Shown: positions 1 to 9,170, counted from the first letter of the stretch. The stretch is DNA of 64,000 bases from an uncultured Nitrososphaerales archaeon (GCA_963713605.1 CAVQMO010000003.1:384001-448000), one strand, 5' to 3'. The notes: a model not told the origin generated them from the letters alone. A program made the numbers and translations.

Positions 1-915
1 GAAGCCAAGAGTGTTAACAACGATGATGATGATGATGATAATGATAACAATGACAATGATAGCAATAACAATGACAGCGTATTTGCCAGACTTTTAGATA
101 ACGACTATGATACAAAATGGGAGGAAGAAGGATTTGGATCTTTCATACAAGCTGATTTAGGTTCAGTAGAACCAGTCTGTAACGTGGGAATCGCTTGGGA
201 CAAAGGAGATGAAAGATCTTACAACTTTGTAATATCTACTTCTGATGACGGAACCACCTTTACTGATGCTCTAAGGGGGACGAGCAGCGGGTCGACAGAA
301 GCATTAGAGACATACGACTTGACTGATGTAGATAGCAGGTTTGTTAGAGTTACAGTTTTTGGAAATAACGACGACAGCAATGATGAACATGATACGGCAG
401 CAATAAATGAAATAAGAATAGGAACTTCTACCGCCGCAGGTTCTCAATCCAGCAACAACTCATCGAATGGACAATCAGAACTGCCTGCAGAGTTACCGAA
501 CGCTATAGATAATGCATCCTCGTCGACTAACTCAACTGAGATTACACTTGACAATTACATTTCAGAATTAACTGATTTGATGGTTACCGATGGCTATCAA
601 GATAGGGTACAAAAACAATTTGCGGATACTAATCTTCCACCTTCAGTCGAGGACTTGAACATTAGAGCAGCCTCTATCTCTTCCTTAGAAATCGAGCTGA
701 AAGGCTCAGACCTCAGTAGCCCTGACGAGTTGGATTACTCTGTTGTAGACCTTCCAACGCATGGCATTCTAAAAGCCGGGACAGATTTAGATCATGTTCT
801 GTACTTTCCAAATCCTGGCTACGTAGGCTCAGATAGTTTCACATACAGAGCGATTGACGATCAGGGCTTGGAAAGCGACCTGGGAACAGTAGATATTGCT
901 ATCGAAGGTTCCTAA
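1..915 (+). CDS. Secreted/surface protein, C-terminal part: Asp/Asn-rich linker, F5/8 type C (discoidin)-like domain and Big_9/cadherin-like Ig repeat; 5'-truncated by window
   Basis: Frame 1 is open from base 1 (EAKSVNNDDDD...KWEEEGFGSFIQADLG). Discoidin-like motifs IAWDKGDER, STSDDGTTF, RFVRVTV, INEI; Ig-repeat motif PTHG...YFPNPGYVGSDSFTY. Confidence 0.7.
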   Translation, partial: EAKSVNNDDDDDDNDNNDNDSNNNDSVFARLLDNDYDTKWEEEGFGSFIQADLGSVEPVCNVGIAWDKGDERSYNFVISTSDDGTTFTDALRGTSSGSTEALETYDLTDVDSRFVRVTVFGNNDDSNDEHDTAAINEIRIGTSTAAGSQSSNNSSNGQSELPAELPNAIDNASSSTNSTEITLDNYISELTDLMVTDGYQDRVQKQFADTNLPPSVEDLNIRAASISSLEIELKGSDLSSPDELDYSVVDLPTHGILKAGTDLDHVLYFPNPGYVGSDSFTYRAIDDQGLESDLGTVDIAIEGS

Positions 916-933
916 ACGCACAGAAGAATTGTG

Positions 934-957
934 ATGGGGCCCCCCATTTGTTTTTTT
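934..957 (+). terminator. Putative terminator (short inverted repeat plus T-tract)
   Basis: ATGGGG-CC-CCCCAT followed by TTGTTTTTTT, just after the stop at 915. Confidence 0.4.
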
Positions 958-1169
958 GAAAAGTAGAACTTAAAGAATAACCGGGTTGAGGTTCCCTTAT
1001 ATCAATCGTATGTTAGAATTCTCTAGAATGCTTAGAAATTTTCACTGACTAGATCAGCAGTAACTTCTAAAAATGCCTTAATCGCCCTTCACCCGTAAAG
1101 ATTTTTCTATGTTGTCTATTGAAGGGTCTTACACTTTTTGTTTGTGTGTGTCTGCGAATATGGTATTGC

Positions 1170-1556
1170 TTAATCATTAGGGTTACCTATGATTAATTTA
1201 TTATCTCTCAACGTTATAACCAGTACTTTATTCTTAATTAACCTGCTTTTAAGTTCCCTATCAATTGTTGCTACAGCGCAATTATGACAACTAGAATATT
1301 TAATGATGGCCTCGTCGGCGTACTTTGATGGGGGAAGACTAGCCAATTTGAATTTAGACCCTATCAAAGATAAAGCTGCCCTTGCCATCCTTGAGCGCTT
1401 TGGACCCGAATGACGTTCTAGCTCTCTTAATTCTTCCGCCACTATATTAGGAACAGTGAAATGCAAACTTCCTATAGATGATTCAATACTTTCAATATTT
1501 CGCAACGGGATCGAACCAAGAACCATCATAAAGCTGGTATCGCATATTACCTCCAT
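1170..1556 (-). CDS. PIN-domain protein (Fcf1/Utp24-like ribonuclease)
   Basis: VICDTSF N-terminal Asp, VAEEL, ADEAI and VATIDREL acidic PIN motifs. Confidence 0.85.
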   Translation of the reverse strand: MEVICDTSFMMVLGSIPLRNIESIESSIGSLHFTVPNIVAEELRELERHSGPKRSRMARAALSLIGSKFKLASLPPSKYADEAIIKYSSCHNCAVATIDRELKSRLIKNKVLVITLRDNKLIIGNPND

Positions 1557-1846
1557 TATCCGGATGAAGTCTATCAGTAAGTATTAAATCATCTGTTCAG
1601 GCCGAAGTAATCTAGCCTGCCTTGGTGTGAAAGAACTGAACTGTGAAAACTAGACAAATCAATCAAGCATCGTGTTACTGTGATAGAGATATCATCAGCG
1701 AGAATAGTGTTTACTATATTACCAAGAGACTTTATTTCTCTATTAATGCGAGGAAGAAATCATATTTCTACCTCCGCATTGGAAAAGGAGATAGAATGAA
1801 GAGTTGTTGCAAGTCTGGTGGGTCTGCGTTACATTCCAATAATAGA

Positions 1847-2398
1847 CTATGTATGCGAGTTGGTTCCAATGTCCCGTTTTTCGAATGTAGAGTTAAAAAT
1901 CTGATCATGTTGTAGCACAGCTATTCCAGTTATGTTCCCTAAAATCTCTATTAGTACTATCCAGCTTGGGGCGTCTAGATCCACCGGATTGCCTATTTCC
2001 TTAGCAATAGTGCGTATAAGATCTAAAGACCTTAGAGAAGAATTGTGCCTTTTTTCGACTGACAACTTAAAGGAATCAGAAGAGGATATTTTCTTTTTGG
2101 ACAAATCAACGGCAGCCATTGCTATTTCAGACGAGCTGGAATTTGTAACGGATTCGATTGGAATAACCCTCAAAACGTACCTAAATCGCCAGTCTTCGGA
2201 CCGTATCATACTCTTGAATTTTTCGGTTACCTGAAAAGGATCCAGGTGAGTATTGCCCGTAATTAATCCTGAAATATTTGTAACTTCAAAAATGGCATCA
2301 GAGTCACCAATATCATCAAGCAAATCGAGCATCTCATCTATGGCATCAAACTCTCTGTATCGAAAGGTTGTCGCTATTAGATTGAACTTGTTTAACAT
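1847..2398 (-). CDS. THUMP-domain RNA-binding protein (Tan1-like)
   Basis: FNLIATT, RYVLRVIPI, SFKLSVEKR and VDLDAPSWIVLIEILG are typical of archaeal stand-alone THUMP proteins. Confidence 0.85.
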   Translation of the reverse strand: MLNKFNLIATTFRYREFDAIDEMLDLLDDIGDSDAIFEVTNISGLITGNTHLDPFQVTEKFKSMIRSEDWRFRYVLRVIPIESVTNSSSSEIAMAAVDLSKKKISSSDSFKLSVEKRHNSSLRSLDLIRTIAKEIGNPVDLDAPSWIVLIEILGNITGIAVLQHDQIFNSTFEKRDIGTNSHT

Positions 2399-2496
2399 AT
2401 TATCTTCATCAGGATTAAGTTTCCCGCAAGCCTATATGTGAGCATTATTATAGCTATTCATTCTCCTCATGCTTTTTACTCTTCATATTTTCAATG

Positions 2497-3687
2497 TTAT
2501 TTAAGTACCTCTAGACCAGGCATAGAGTCACCGGCTAGAAATCGAAGAGTCGCCCCACCACCTGTGGATACGTGACTCACTTCACCTTCTGATACACCCG
2601 ATGCTTTCATGGCCTGAAGGGTATCTCCCCCACCAACTAGGGTCTTCGAACCACGCCAAAATGCAAGGGCCATGCTTTTTGCAATATTTATAGTTCCGTT
2701 TGCAAACATAGGGATTTCAAAGGAACCCATTGGGCCATTCCAAAATATAGTACCAGAGCTGCTTCCTCCTATCTCTGACGAATATTTTTGAGCGGTTTGA
2801 ATCCCAATATCAAACCCCGCTGAACCTTCCGGAATATCTCCTTCCACCACCACTGCCGAAGAACTTCCGTTCGCTGAAGAAGACACTATGTGATCCATAG
2901 GTAGCATTATTTTTTCCCCGTAAGAGGATAGAGCCTCAGTTGCCCATGCCAAATGTTCATTATCTATAAGCGAATTTCCGGTTTTTGATCCATTTGCGAG
3001 TAGAAATGTATAGGCCGTTGCTCCTCCGAGTAGAAGCTTATCGGCTTTAGGTAACAAGTTCTCCAGTGCGCCAATTTTGTCTTTTATCTTGACCCCCCCG
3101 ACAACCAGGATCAGCGGTTTAATCGGATTATCTCGTATCATGGACAAATATTCAACCTCTCTCTTCAGGTTCAACCCAGCTGCTCTCCTATCAAAAAGCG
3201 ATGCGGCGCCGTAAGTCGAAGCATGTTTTCTGTGAGAAGTACTGAACGCATCGTTGACATAAAAATCCCCCAATGAAGCAAGATGATTAGAGAATTCCTG
3301 ATCATTGAGTTCCTCTGCTTGATGAAAGCGAAGATTTTCTAGCAAAAGAATGTCTCCTTTATCCATAACTTCGATTTCCTTTTCTACTACACTTCCAACA
3401 CAGTCATCAGCGAATTTGACTTTATTGACCGGAAGTATTTCTGAAAGTCTTTGAGTAACAGGTCTAAGAGAGTATTTTTTCTCTGAACTCGTAGGACGGC
3501 CCAGATGAGACATCAAAATCAGTTTTGCTCCTCGCTTTGTTAGATATTCAATAGTTGGAATAGCCATTCTGATGCGATAATCCTCACCGATTACGCCGTC
3601 ATCTATGCTGACGTTGAAGTCGACTCTCATCAATATCTTTTTGCCATAATAGCTCATGTCATCGAAATCTAAAATACTTCTCATCAT
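2497..3687 (-). CDS. pgk: Phosphoglycerate kinase
   Basis: RVDFNV, SHLGRP, LLENLRF, VNDAFSTSHR, WNGPMG, GGGDT and HVSTGGGA motifs. Confidence 0.97.
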   Translation of the reverse strand: MMRSILDFDDMSYYGKKILMRVDFNVSIDDGVIGEDYRIRMAIPTIEYLTKRGAKLILMSHLGRPTSSEKKYSLRPVTQRLSEILPVNKVKFADDCVGSVVEKEIEVMDKGDILLLENLRFHQAEELNDQEFSNHLASLGDFYVNDAFSTSHRKHASTYGAASLFDRRAAGLNLKREVEYLSMIRDNPIKPLILVVGGVKIKDKIGALENLLPKADKLLLGGATAYTFLLANGSKTGNSLIDNEHLAWATEALSSYGEKIMLPMDHIVSSSANGSSSAVVVEGDIPEGSAGFDIGIQTAQKYSSEIGGSSSGTIFWNGPMGSFEIPMFANGTINIAKSMALAFWRGSKTLVGGGDTLQAMKASGVSEGEVSHVSTGGGATLRFLAGDSMPGLEVLK

Positions 3688-3875
3688 TTTCGGTATGTAA
3701 ATATAGAGTTCGGATTATAAGCCTTATCACGAATTTCAAAATGTTCTTAGAACTTATGTTACCATGTCAGTTTCCTCAGAATCAGTAAAACGATGGCAGT
3801 ATTTTCTTATGGGGGGTGATATATTTCAACGTGGTACTGGTCGATATCGATTTGCTAGAATGGCATAGTCAATTC

Positions 3876-3978
3876 AACAAGTATCTTCCTCTCATTAACG
3901 AGGAGAAAAATTGCCAAACAAGTATCTTCCTCTCATTAACGAGGAGAAAAATTGCCAAACAAGTATCTTCCTCTCATT
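3876..3978. repeat. 41-bp tandem direct repeat, 2.5 copies
   Basis: AACAAGTATCTTCCTCTCATTAACGAGGAGAAAAATTGCCA at 3876 and 3917; partial copy at 3958. Confidence 0.95.
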
Positions 3979-4566
3979 GCCAATAAGAAGACCTGATCGT
4001 GATCATCAGTATTTTCGAAACCGGGAGGTCTGGATCGGAAGAAGCCGAATGTGCGCCACTTGGTCAACTCAAGAAAACTATTCACCCCCTCTTCCGAATC
4101 TAGTTCAAGTTCAGAGTCGAAATTACCTTGTAGTTGTGGGTAAATGAAAATGGTGAAGCATCATAATTACCAAGGACTTTGGGGGTGTCCTCTACTAAGG
4201 TACTATCTTCGATTCATATACTATATCTCCTAACATTTGTCAACGGATAATAAAATCTAGTGCCTATATAGTATTACTTACGGGTTTGAGTTGTAGCTGT
4301 GTCACCTTACTCCTTTTTCGCTCATCATAATATTCCAAAGTAGAAATGAACCAGCAACCCAAACATGCGGAGTCAGTATCCATTGAAGGTTTCTTCACTC
4401 TAATGCCCTTTGTAAATGCAATAAAAACAATAATTATTATAAAATAAATTACTTATCAAATCGCTGATCCTTCTACCCAGATATCTAACGCGATAGAAGA
4501 TAATTTTCAAGTCTTTTAGAGTGTAAAAGGTAATAGTGATATATTTGAGGAACGTTCTGAGTCCTA

Positions 4567-4785
4567 TTGAGTAGGAGAAAGGGAAGACTACGGGAAATAT
4601 TTAGTAAAGCGATATATGCAGATGATCCCAAACTCTATATTGTGAGTTATCGAGACTTCGATTCAATCCTGGATCTCCCTCTGTTAGAATTTGTCAGAAT
4701 ATCTGAAAATTTTGAGCTAATCCCCCTGAGCAGAATATCCGGCATTAAAAGGGAGAATAAAGTCTTGTATCAAAAGAGTTGTTAG
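4567..4785 (+). CDS. DUF504 / MJ1316-like RNA-end-recognition domain protein
   Basis: 72 aa; LREIFSK, YIVSYRD, IPLSRI..IKR..KVLYQK resemble the IPxHRI signature of this family. Confidence 0.7.
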   Translation: MSRRKGRLREIFSKAIYADDPKLYIVSYRDFDSILDLPLLEFVRISENFELIPLSRISGIKRENKVLYQKSC

Positions 4786-4787
4786 GT

Positions 4788-5171
4788 CTATCTCACTATA
4801 ATGTTTCCTCTCATAGTGGCGGGATGAAGAGAGCAGTAATATTCAAATTCTCCAGCTTTCTCTGAAGCAATTGCGGTAACAAAATCCTGTTCGGGTGATA
4901 GGATAGCTGTATTGATATTCAATTCATCAACAATAAAATCATGCCTTACCAAGTCTTTGTTCACGATGGTCAGCCTGTTTGGCTCATCGATTTTAGCGAA
5001 TATGGTAGGATTAGTTTGGTTGAACAGGTTATCCTTAGCGACAAGCAAAATACCTTCTCTTCTGTCAAGGGATGAGGGTTGCGGTGGATTCAGTAGATTT
5101 CCAATACCCCATAAGCCTCCGACAGTGATGAAAGAGATGGCTATTATAGCAATAATGTTATTGCGGATCAT
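4788..5171 (-). CDS. Membrane-anchored cupredoxin (blue copper) domain protein
   Basis: N-terminal hydrophobic anchor, HDF, and GEFEYYCSLHPATMRG carrying type-1 copper ligands (H, C, H, M). Confidence 0.85.
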   Translation of the reverse strand: MIRNNIIAIIAISFITVGGLWGIGNLLNPPQPSSLDRREGILLVAKDNLFNQTNPTIFAKIDEPNRLTIVNKDLVRHDFIVDELNINTAILSPEQDFVTAIASEKAGEFEYYCSLHPATMRGNIIVR

Positions 5172-5506
5172 TTTTTATTGATAACACCAAATTTCAATTT
5201 TATCAGGAGATCGATATACGTCCGGTGCGCTATCTTGCACTAGGGTAGGAGGAGTAACTCATTTTAATTCGAAAAATAAATATCTATTCGGTATTATATG
5301 TCTTCATTCTGTGTTTGGTATGTCCAATCCTTTCTCTAGGTTTGGCTGAAGCCCTATCTCTGCAGCCACCCTACTTGTTCTTAAACTATTCTTCGGCACC
5401 TGTCACTAGATATTGCTATACGAAAATCCAATGGAGTGCGTCGTGTACTATGATCCTTACAAACTAAGTCCATAAGTCAAGAAATTGGTTAACCCTTCTT
5501 ATAAGA

Positions 5507-5621
5507 TGCGGGAGGTGGGATTTGAACCCACGGACCCCTTAGGGATGAGGTTTCCCCGCCGCATGGATCTGAGCGTCGTGCCCACGGTCTCACGCCTTTG
5601 GCCATGCTTGGCAACTCCCGC
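5507..5621 (-). tRNA. tRNA-Leu (probably CAG) with two introns: 30/31 at 5575-5588 and ~37/38 at 5552-5567
   Basis: Acceptor GCGGGAG/CTCCCGC plus A73, D arm, long variable arm, T arm GTGGG-TTCAAAT-CCCAC. 115 nt minus 30 nt of inserts gives 85 nt; mature anticodon arm TGAGG-CTCAGAA-CCTCA. Confidence 0.88.
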
Positions 5622-6097
5622 ATTTGTTTCTCAATTGAATGAACTGAGATTTATATCCTGTCAATTCGATTCCTGATTCCTGAGATTATTCGTTTTCGAA
5701 AGGATTGATTGATGGTTGGGTCTAGAATTGCGCAAATAGAGTGGAACTAAATTAAGGATTTTCCTCTACCCTGTTGATGTTAGCATGTTTAAGATAACGA
5801 ATGAAGATATGGGTCATTGTATCTAATTAGATCATGTGGTGCGAATCTTGGCAACTTAAACTAGAAACATTTGATGGATATACCTCTATTCAGCATCTAA
5901 TCTTGCTGAAATTTTGGTAGGATCAGCAATTGATTACCTTGATACATCACTGTAGAAATTCCATAATTCTAGATATTTTTCTTTTGCATAAGTACCTGCA
6001 AAAGAATGGCAAAGTAGAATTGGCATGCAGCTTCCCAATTATAAAAAACTTAAAGCACTTCCTTGAACCCAGCCTAGGAACATTTGCTCTAGCATCC

Positions 6098-6820
6098 ATG
6101 ACGAATTCAGGAACAAACTTAAATTCAATAGCTGACATTAACCTCATATTGTACGAACATGAAGGTATCCAGATCTCATGGACGGGCCATGATGGGTTTA
6201 GGATAAAAGGAACAAACAGCCAGGCTAATCAATTGACGGTTTATATCGATCCCTACCAACTCGCATCCAGGTACCAGAATCAAAATGACGCAGATGTAGT
6301 TTTGATAACCCATAACCATTTCGATCATTTAAGCATAGATGATCTGAAACAAATAATTAACAACAACACCAGTATAGTGTCAGCCACTGAGTGTATTGAA
6401 AAATTAGCTGAACTAAAATTGAAAGAGATTAGTGGAATAAAACCTGGCGAAAAAACTACAATTAAGGGTCTGACAATTGAAGCGGTTCCTGCCTACAATA
6501 CTAATAAGAAATTTCATCCCAAGTCTGATGGAAAGGTAGGATTTGTCCTAATGATGAATGAAAAGAGGATATATCATGCTGGTGATGCAGATTTGATCCC
6601 AGAAATGGAATCTGTGGGTCCAGATATTGCACTTGTTCCTGTCTCAGGTACTTATGTGATGAACGCGGAGGAAGCTGCCAATGCTGTCAACGAATTACTT
6701 CGACCCAAGAAAGTCGCAATACCAATGCATTACAATGCTATTGTCGGTACAGAAGAAGACGCTAAAAAATTCAAAAATCTTGTTAAGGTCTGTAAAGTAG
6801 AAATTTTATCCAAAGATTGA
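6098..6820 (+). CDS. Metallo-beta-lactamase fold hydrolase (start uncertain: ATG 6098 or TTG 6149)
   Basis: WTGHDGF, YIDP, ITHNHFDH, IYHAGD and IPMHY motifs. Confidence 0.9.
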   Translation: MTNSGTNLNSIADINLILYEHEGIQISWTGHDGFRIKGTNSQANQLTVYIDPYQLASRYQNQNDADVVLITHNHFDHLSIDDLKQIINNNTSIVSATECIEKLAELKLKEISGIKPGEKTTIKGLTIEAVPAYNTNKKFHPKSDGKVGFVLMMNEKRIYHAGDADLIPEMESVGPDIALVPVSGTYVMNAEEAANAVNELLRPKKVAIPMHYNAIVGTEEDAKKFKNLVKVCKVEILSKD

Positions 6821-6862
6821 AGAGGTTCAATCATTAATCTGGCGCCCTAAGTAGACTGTTTT

Positions 6863-6877
6863 AAAAAACTTATATAT
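6863..6877 (+). promoter_or_regulatory. BRE/TATA promoter for the downstream micro-ORF
   Basis: AAAAAAC-TTATATAT ending about 26 nt upstream of ATG 6903, consistent with a leaderless transcript. Confidence 0.6.
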
Positions 6878-6902
6878 TATCAATTATTTCATATGATTGA
6901 AA

Positions 6903-6974
6903 ATGGCTGCTAAGAAAAAAGCAAAGTCTGCAAAGAAAGGAGAGAAGAAATCAACCCGATCCTCAAAGAAGTGA
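6903..6974 (+). CDS. 23-aa lysine-rich basic microprotein (MAAKKKAKSAKKGEKKSTRSSKK)
   Basis: ATG-TGA ORF below the track cut-off, well-placed TATA box, strongly biased composition (10 K + 1 R, 1 E). Confidence 0.6.
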   Translation: MAAKKKAKSAKKGEKKSTRSSKK

Positions 6975-7554
6975 TCATTTTATAGTTATCTGATCACAGC
7001 GGTTCTATGAGGTCACCCAAGAATCTCTCTTATTCTTTTTGTATTGCTCCATAGCACTTGATCCTTTTTTGTTGATTACTCGCCGATCGGCGGTCTTGAC
7101 ATATTTCATTAAACTTGATTTATTTATTCTTCAAATAATTCATTCTTTTTTCGGTATTGCGGGTCTTGAAACAGAAGTGGGTAGAGTACTTCGAGACTTG
7201 ATAACAACATATTGGACCAATTCAACTACTATATCTTTGTCGCGAATTCGACCCCTTGATTGTTATTCTGGAACTTTAGACATTTCCAAGCTCAGCATCC
7301 CAAATGAATATTGACGATTGCGACTTCACAGGGTATGATACCCAACAAGATCTTCATATTTCAAGCGCGATTTTCTATGGCAGTCTGAATACCATTTCAA
7401 TTTTCAGGTTGCTATAGGATAAGAGGTCTGTACAATTCCGAAATCGAACAAAGGGAACCGAATTTTTATGACAATGAAATAGATTTAGTTTCTTCCTAGA
7501 TCTAAAAAGGGAAACACTAACTATAAAAACCTCGAATGTATCGTAAAGGAACGA

Positions 7555-7678
7555 GCAGATGTGGCAGAGTGGTCTTCTCTAAATGAGAACAAAATAATGC
7601 GTCGGCCTTGAGTGAATTAAGTCAGAAGATAGCCGATTCGCCTTCGGGCGATCAGGAGTTCGAATCTCCTCATCTGCG
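7555..7678 (+). tRNA. tRNA-Ser(TGA) with a 37/38 intron (7613-7630) and a second ~20-nt intron in the D-loop (~7574-7594)
   Basis: Acceptor GCAGATG/CATCTGC plus G73; anticodon arm TCGGC-CTTGAG|A-GCCGA; variable arm TCGCC-TTCG-GGCGA; T arm AGGAG-TTCGAAT-CTCCT; upstream CTATAAAAA and downstream T-tract. Confidence 0.88.
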
Positions 7679-7687
7679 CCCTTTTTC

Positions 7688-8791
7688 CTAAAATTGCTCC
7701 TTTCTAATGGTTCCTCGGCGGTGTTTCTTTGGCAGCTTTGAGCTGTGTGCTGATTTTATCCTTCTTTCCAACTTCGAGACAATTTCCTTCGATGCCGATA
7801 TGGGATCGTACGCCACTGCTTTCGCATCAACAATGCTATCGTTTGTCATTAATCTTGTTCTAATGGAGTATTTTCTTGTCTTGTGCTTGTCTACGTAAAT
7901 AGTGACCAACTGAATATTTTCCAATCTCCCTTCAATCTTTTTCAGGAATTTTGTCATAATTCTTTCGATTTCATTTTTGTCATCCTCACTTTCAGGATCT
8001 GAAATATGTATAAAAGTAGGACCCCCATGCTTCGGAAGTAATAACTCGAGTGCATCCTTTGGTGTAACCACACCTATTGGACGCTTATTTCCTACTACAA
8101 CAACTTCTTCGTGATCCTTTAATTCGTCAGTTAATTCATCTATTTTAGTTCCTTGTTCCGCTGAGTAAGGTTCTCTCATCATATCCTTCACTTTTACATC
8201 TGGTACTACAGCCATTGTACCTACTCCCGGAGACTTGCTCGCTCTCTCTCTGGGTTTGGATAAGACATGTACAATATCCAGCACATTAATGATTCCTATC
8301 AAAATACCAACCCTGTTGATAATGGGCAAACGTGATATGTTATATCTCCTCATCTTTGAAAGAGCGTTCCCAAGGGTATCGTCGCCCTCTAGTACTATAG
8401 CACCACTCATAACTGCATCTACTGTAGAATGACCAAACCTAGCGTTCACCACTATGTCCATCTCACTGATTATTCCTACAAGTTTAGAACTATTCTCAAC
8501 GACTGGAAACGCGCGATTTCCTGTATTTAGTATCACCTCTATAGCGCGCTCTACCGTGACATCACGGCTTAGAGTGGGGGTTTTCGATATGAAATTCTTA
8601 AGCTTAGATTCAGGGAAGGCATTAACTGAAAGAAATTCCTTTGCGAATACCATCCCCAAATAGTCATTGGTATCGTTCACAATAGGAATCTGGTTTAATC
8701 TGTTTGAATGCAATAGATTAAGTGCCTTCGAAATAGTATCTTCAGGGGTTAAGGAAATTACATCCTTTATCATAATGTCGTCTACTTTCAT
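7688..8791 (-). CDS. Four CBS domains fused to a C-terminal HPF/RaiA-like domain (candidate ribosome hibernation factor)
   Basis: CBS repeats (VDDIMIKDV...IPIVND...GMV; ISRLPIINR..LIGII). The C-terminal ~110 aa shows a beta-alpha-beta-beta-beta-alpha pattern ending KLERRIK, then a basic tail. Confidence 0.75.
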   Translation of the reverse strand: MKVDDIMIKDVISLTPEDTISKALNLLHSNRLNQIPIVNDTNDYLGMVFAKEFLSVNAFPESKLKNFISKTPTLSRDVTVERAIEVILNTGNRAFPVVENSSKLVGIISEMDIVVNARFGHSTVDAVMSGAIVLEGDDTLGNALSKMRRYNISRLPIINRVGILIGIINVLDIVHVLSKPRERASKSPGVGTMAVVPDVKVKDMMREPYSAEQGTKIDELTDELKDHEEVVVVGNKRPIGVVTPKDALELLLPKHGGPTFIHISDPESEDDKNEIERIMTKFLKKIEGRLENIQLVTIYVDKHKTRKYSIRTRLMTNDSIVDAKAVAYDPISASKEIVSKLERRIKSAHSSKLPKKHRRGTIRKEQF

Positions 8792-8855
8792 TATGTTTTA
8801 TGATGATCCTAATCATTACATTAAAAACCTTCCTCTACCTATAACAGACGATCGG

Positions 8856-9038
8856 ATGGATAATAGACGCCTTCTCATTATTGCTGCCATAATAATAATA
8901 CTTATTAGCGTAGTCACCATATATCTTGCCCCTTCCGATACGATTATCCCTATCCCTAATCCCAATGAAAATAGCACCCGCAGCAATAACAACATCAGTA
9001 CACCCCTGGAAGGCGGTCTCAATCAACAGCCTCCGTAA
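8856..9038 (+). CDS. Small single-pass membrane protein
   Basis: MDNRRLLIIAAIIIILISVVTIYL followed by a Pro/Asn-rich tail; divergent from the CBS gene. Confidence 0.55.
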   Translation: MDNRRLLIIAAIIIILISVVTIYLAPSDTIIPIPNPNENSTRSNNNISTPLEGGLNQQPP

Positions 9039-9170
9039 AATGGCACTAAAATAAAAGTTAAAGAAAGTAGTAAGTGAATTATTGATTTAATAGGTTGTCA
9101 GTCTTGTGGTCGGCAAAGAGTTGATTATAATATTCAAGTAAATGATGGATGTTATTGTATATGTTGTTTG

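Noticed and set aside
3876..3978. CRISPR array
   Set aside because: The units are identical and contiguous with no unique spacers, and there is no adjacent cas operon.
3911..4147. 78-aa ORF in the track
   Set aside because: It starts inside the tandem repeat and has no recognisable protein features.
4264..4383. 39-aa minus-strand ORF (MDTDSACLGCWF...)
   Set aside because: A single CxxC with no other support; could arise by chance.
5507..5621. Alternative reading as tRNA-Ser(GGA) using a different splice register
   Set aside because: A73 and the GCGGGAG acceptor indicate Leu, and I found no splice motif supporting that cut.
5485..5676. 63-aa ORF in the track
   Set aside because: It is the antisense reading of the tRNA-Leu gene.
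7039..7314. 91-aa ORF, and similar intergenic ORFs at 1643, 18472, 19488 and 26057
   Set aside because: No motifs, atypical composition, and several overlap real genes.
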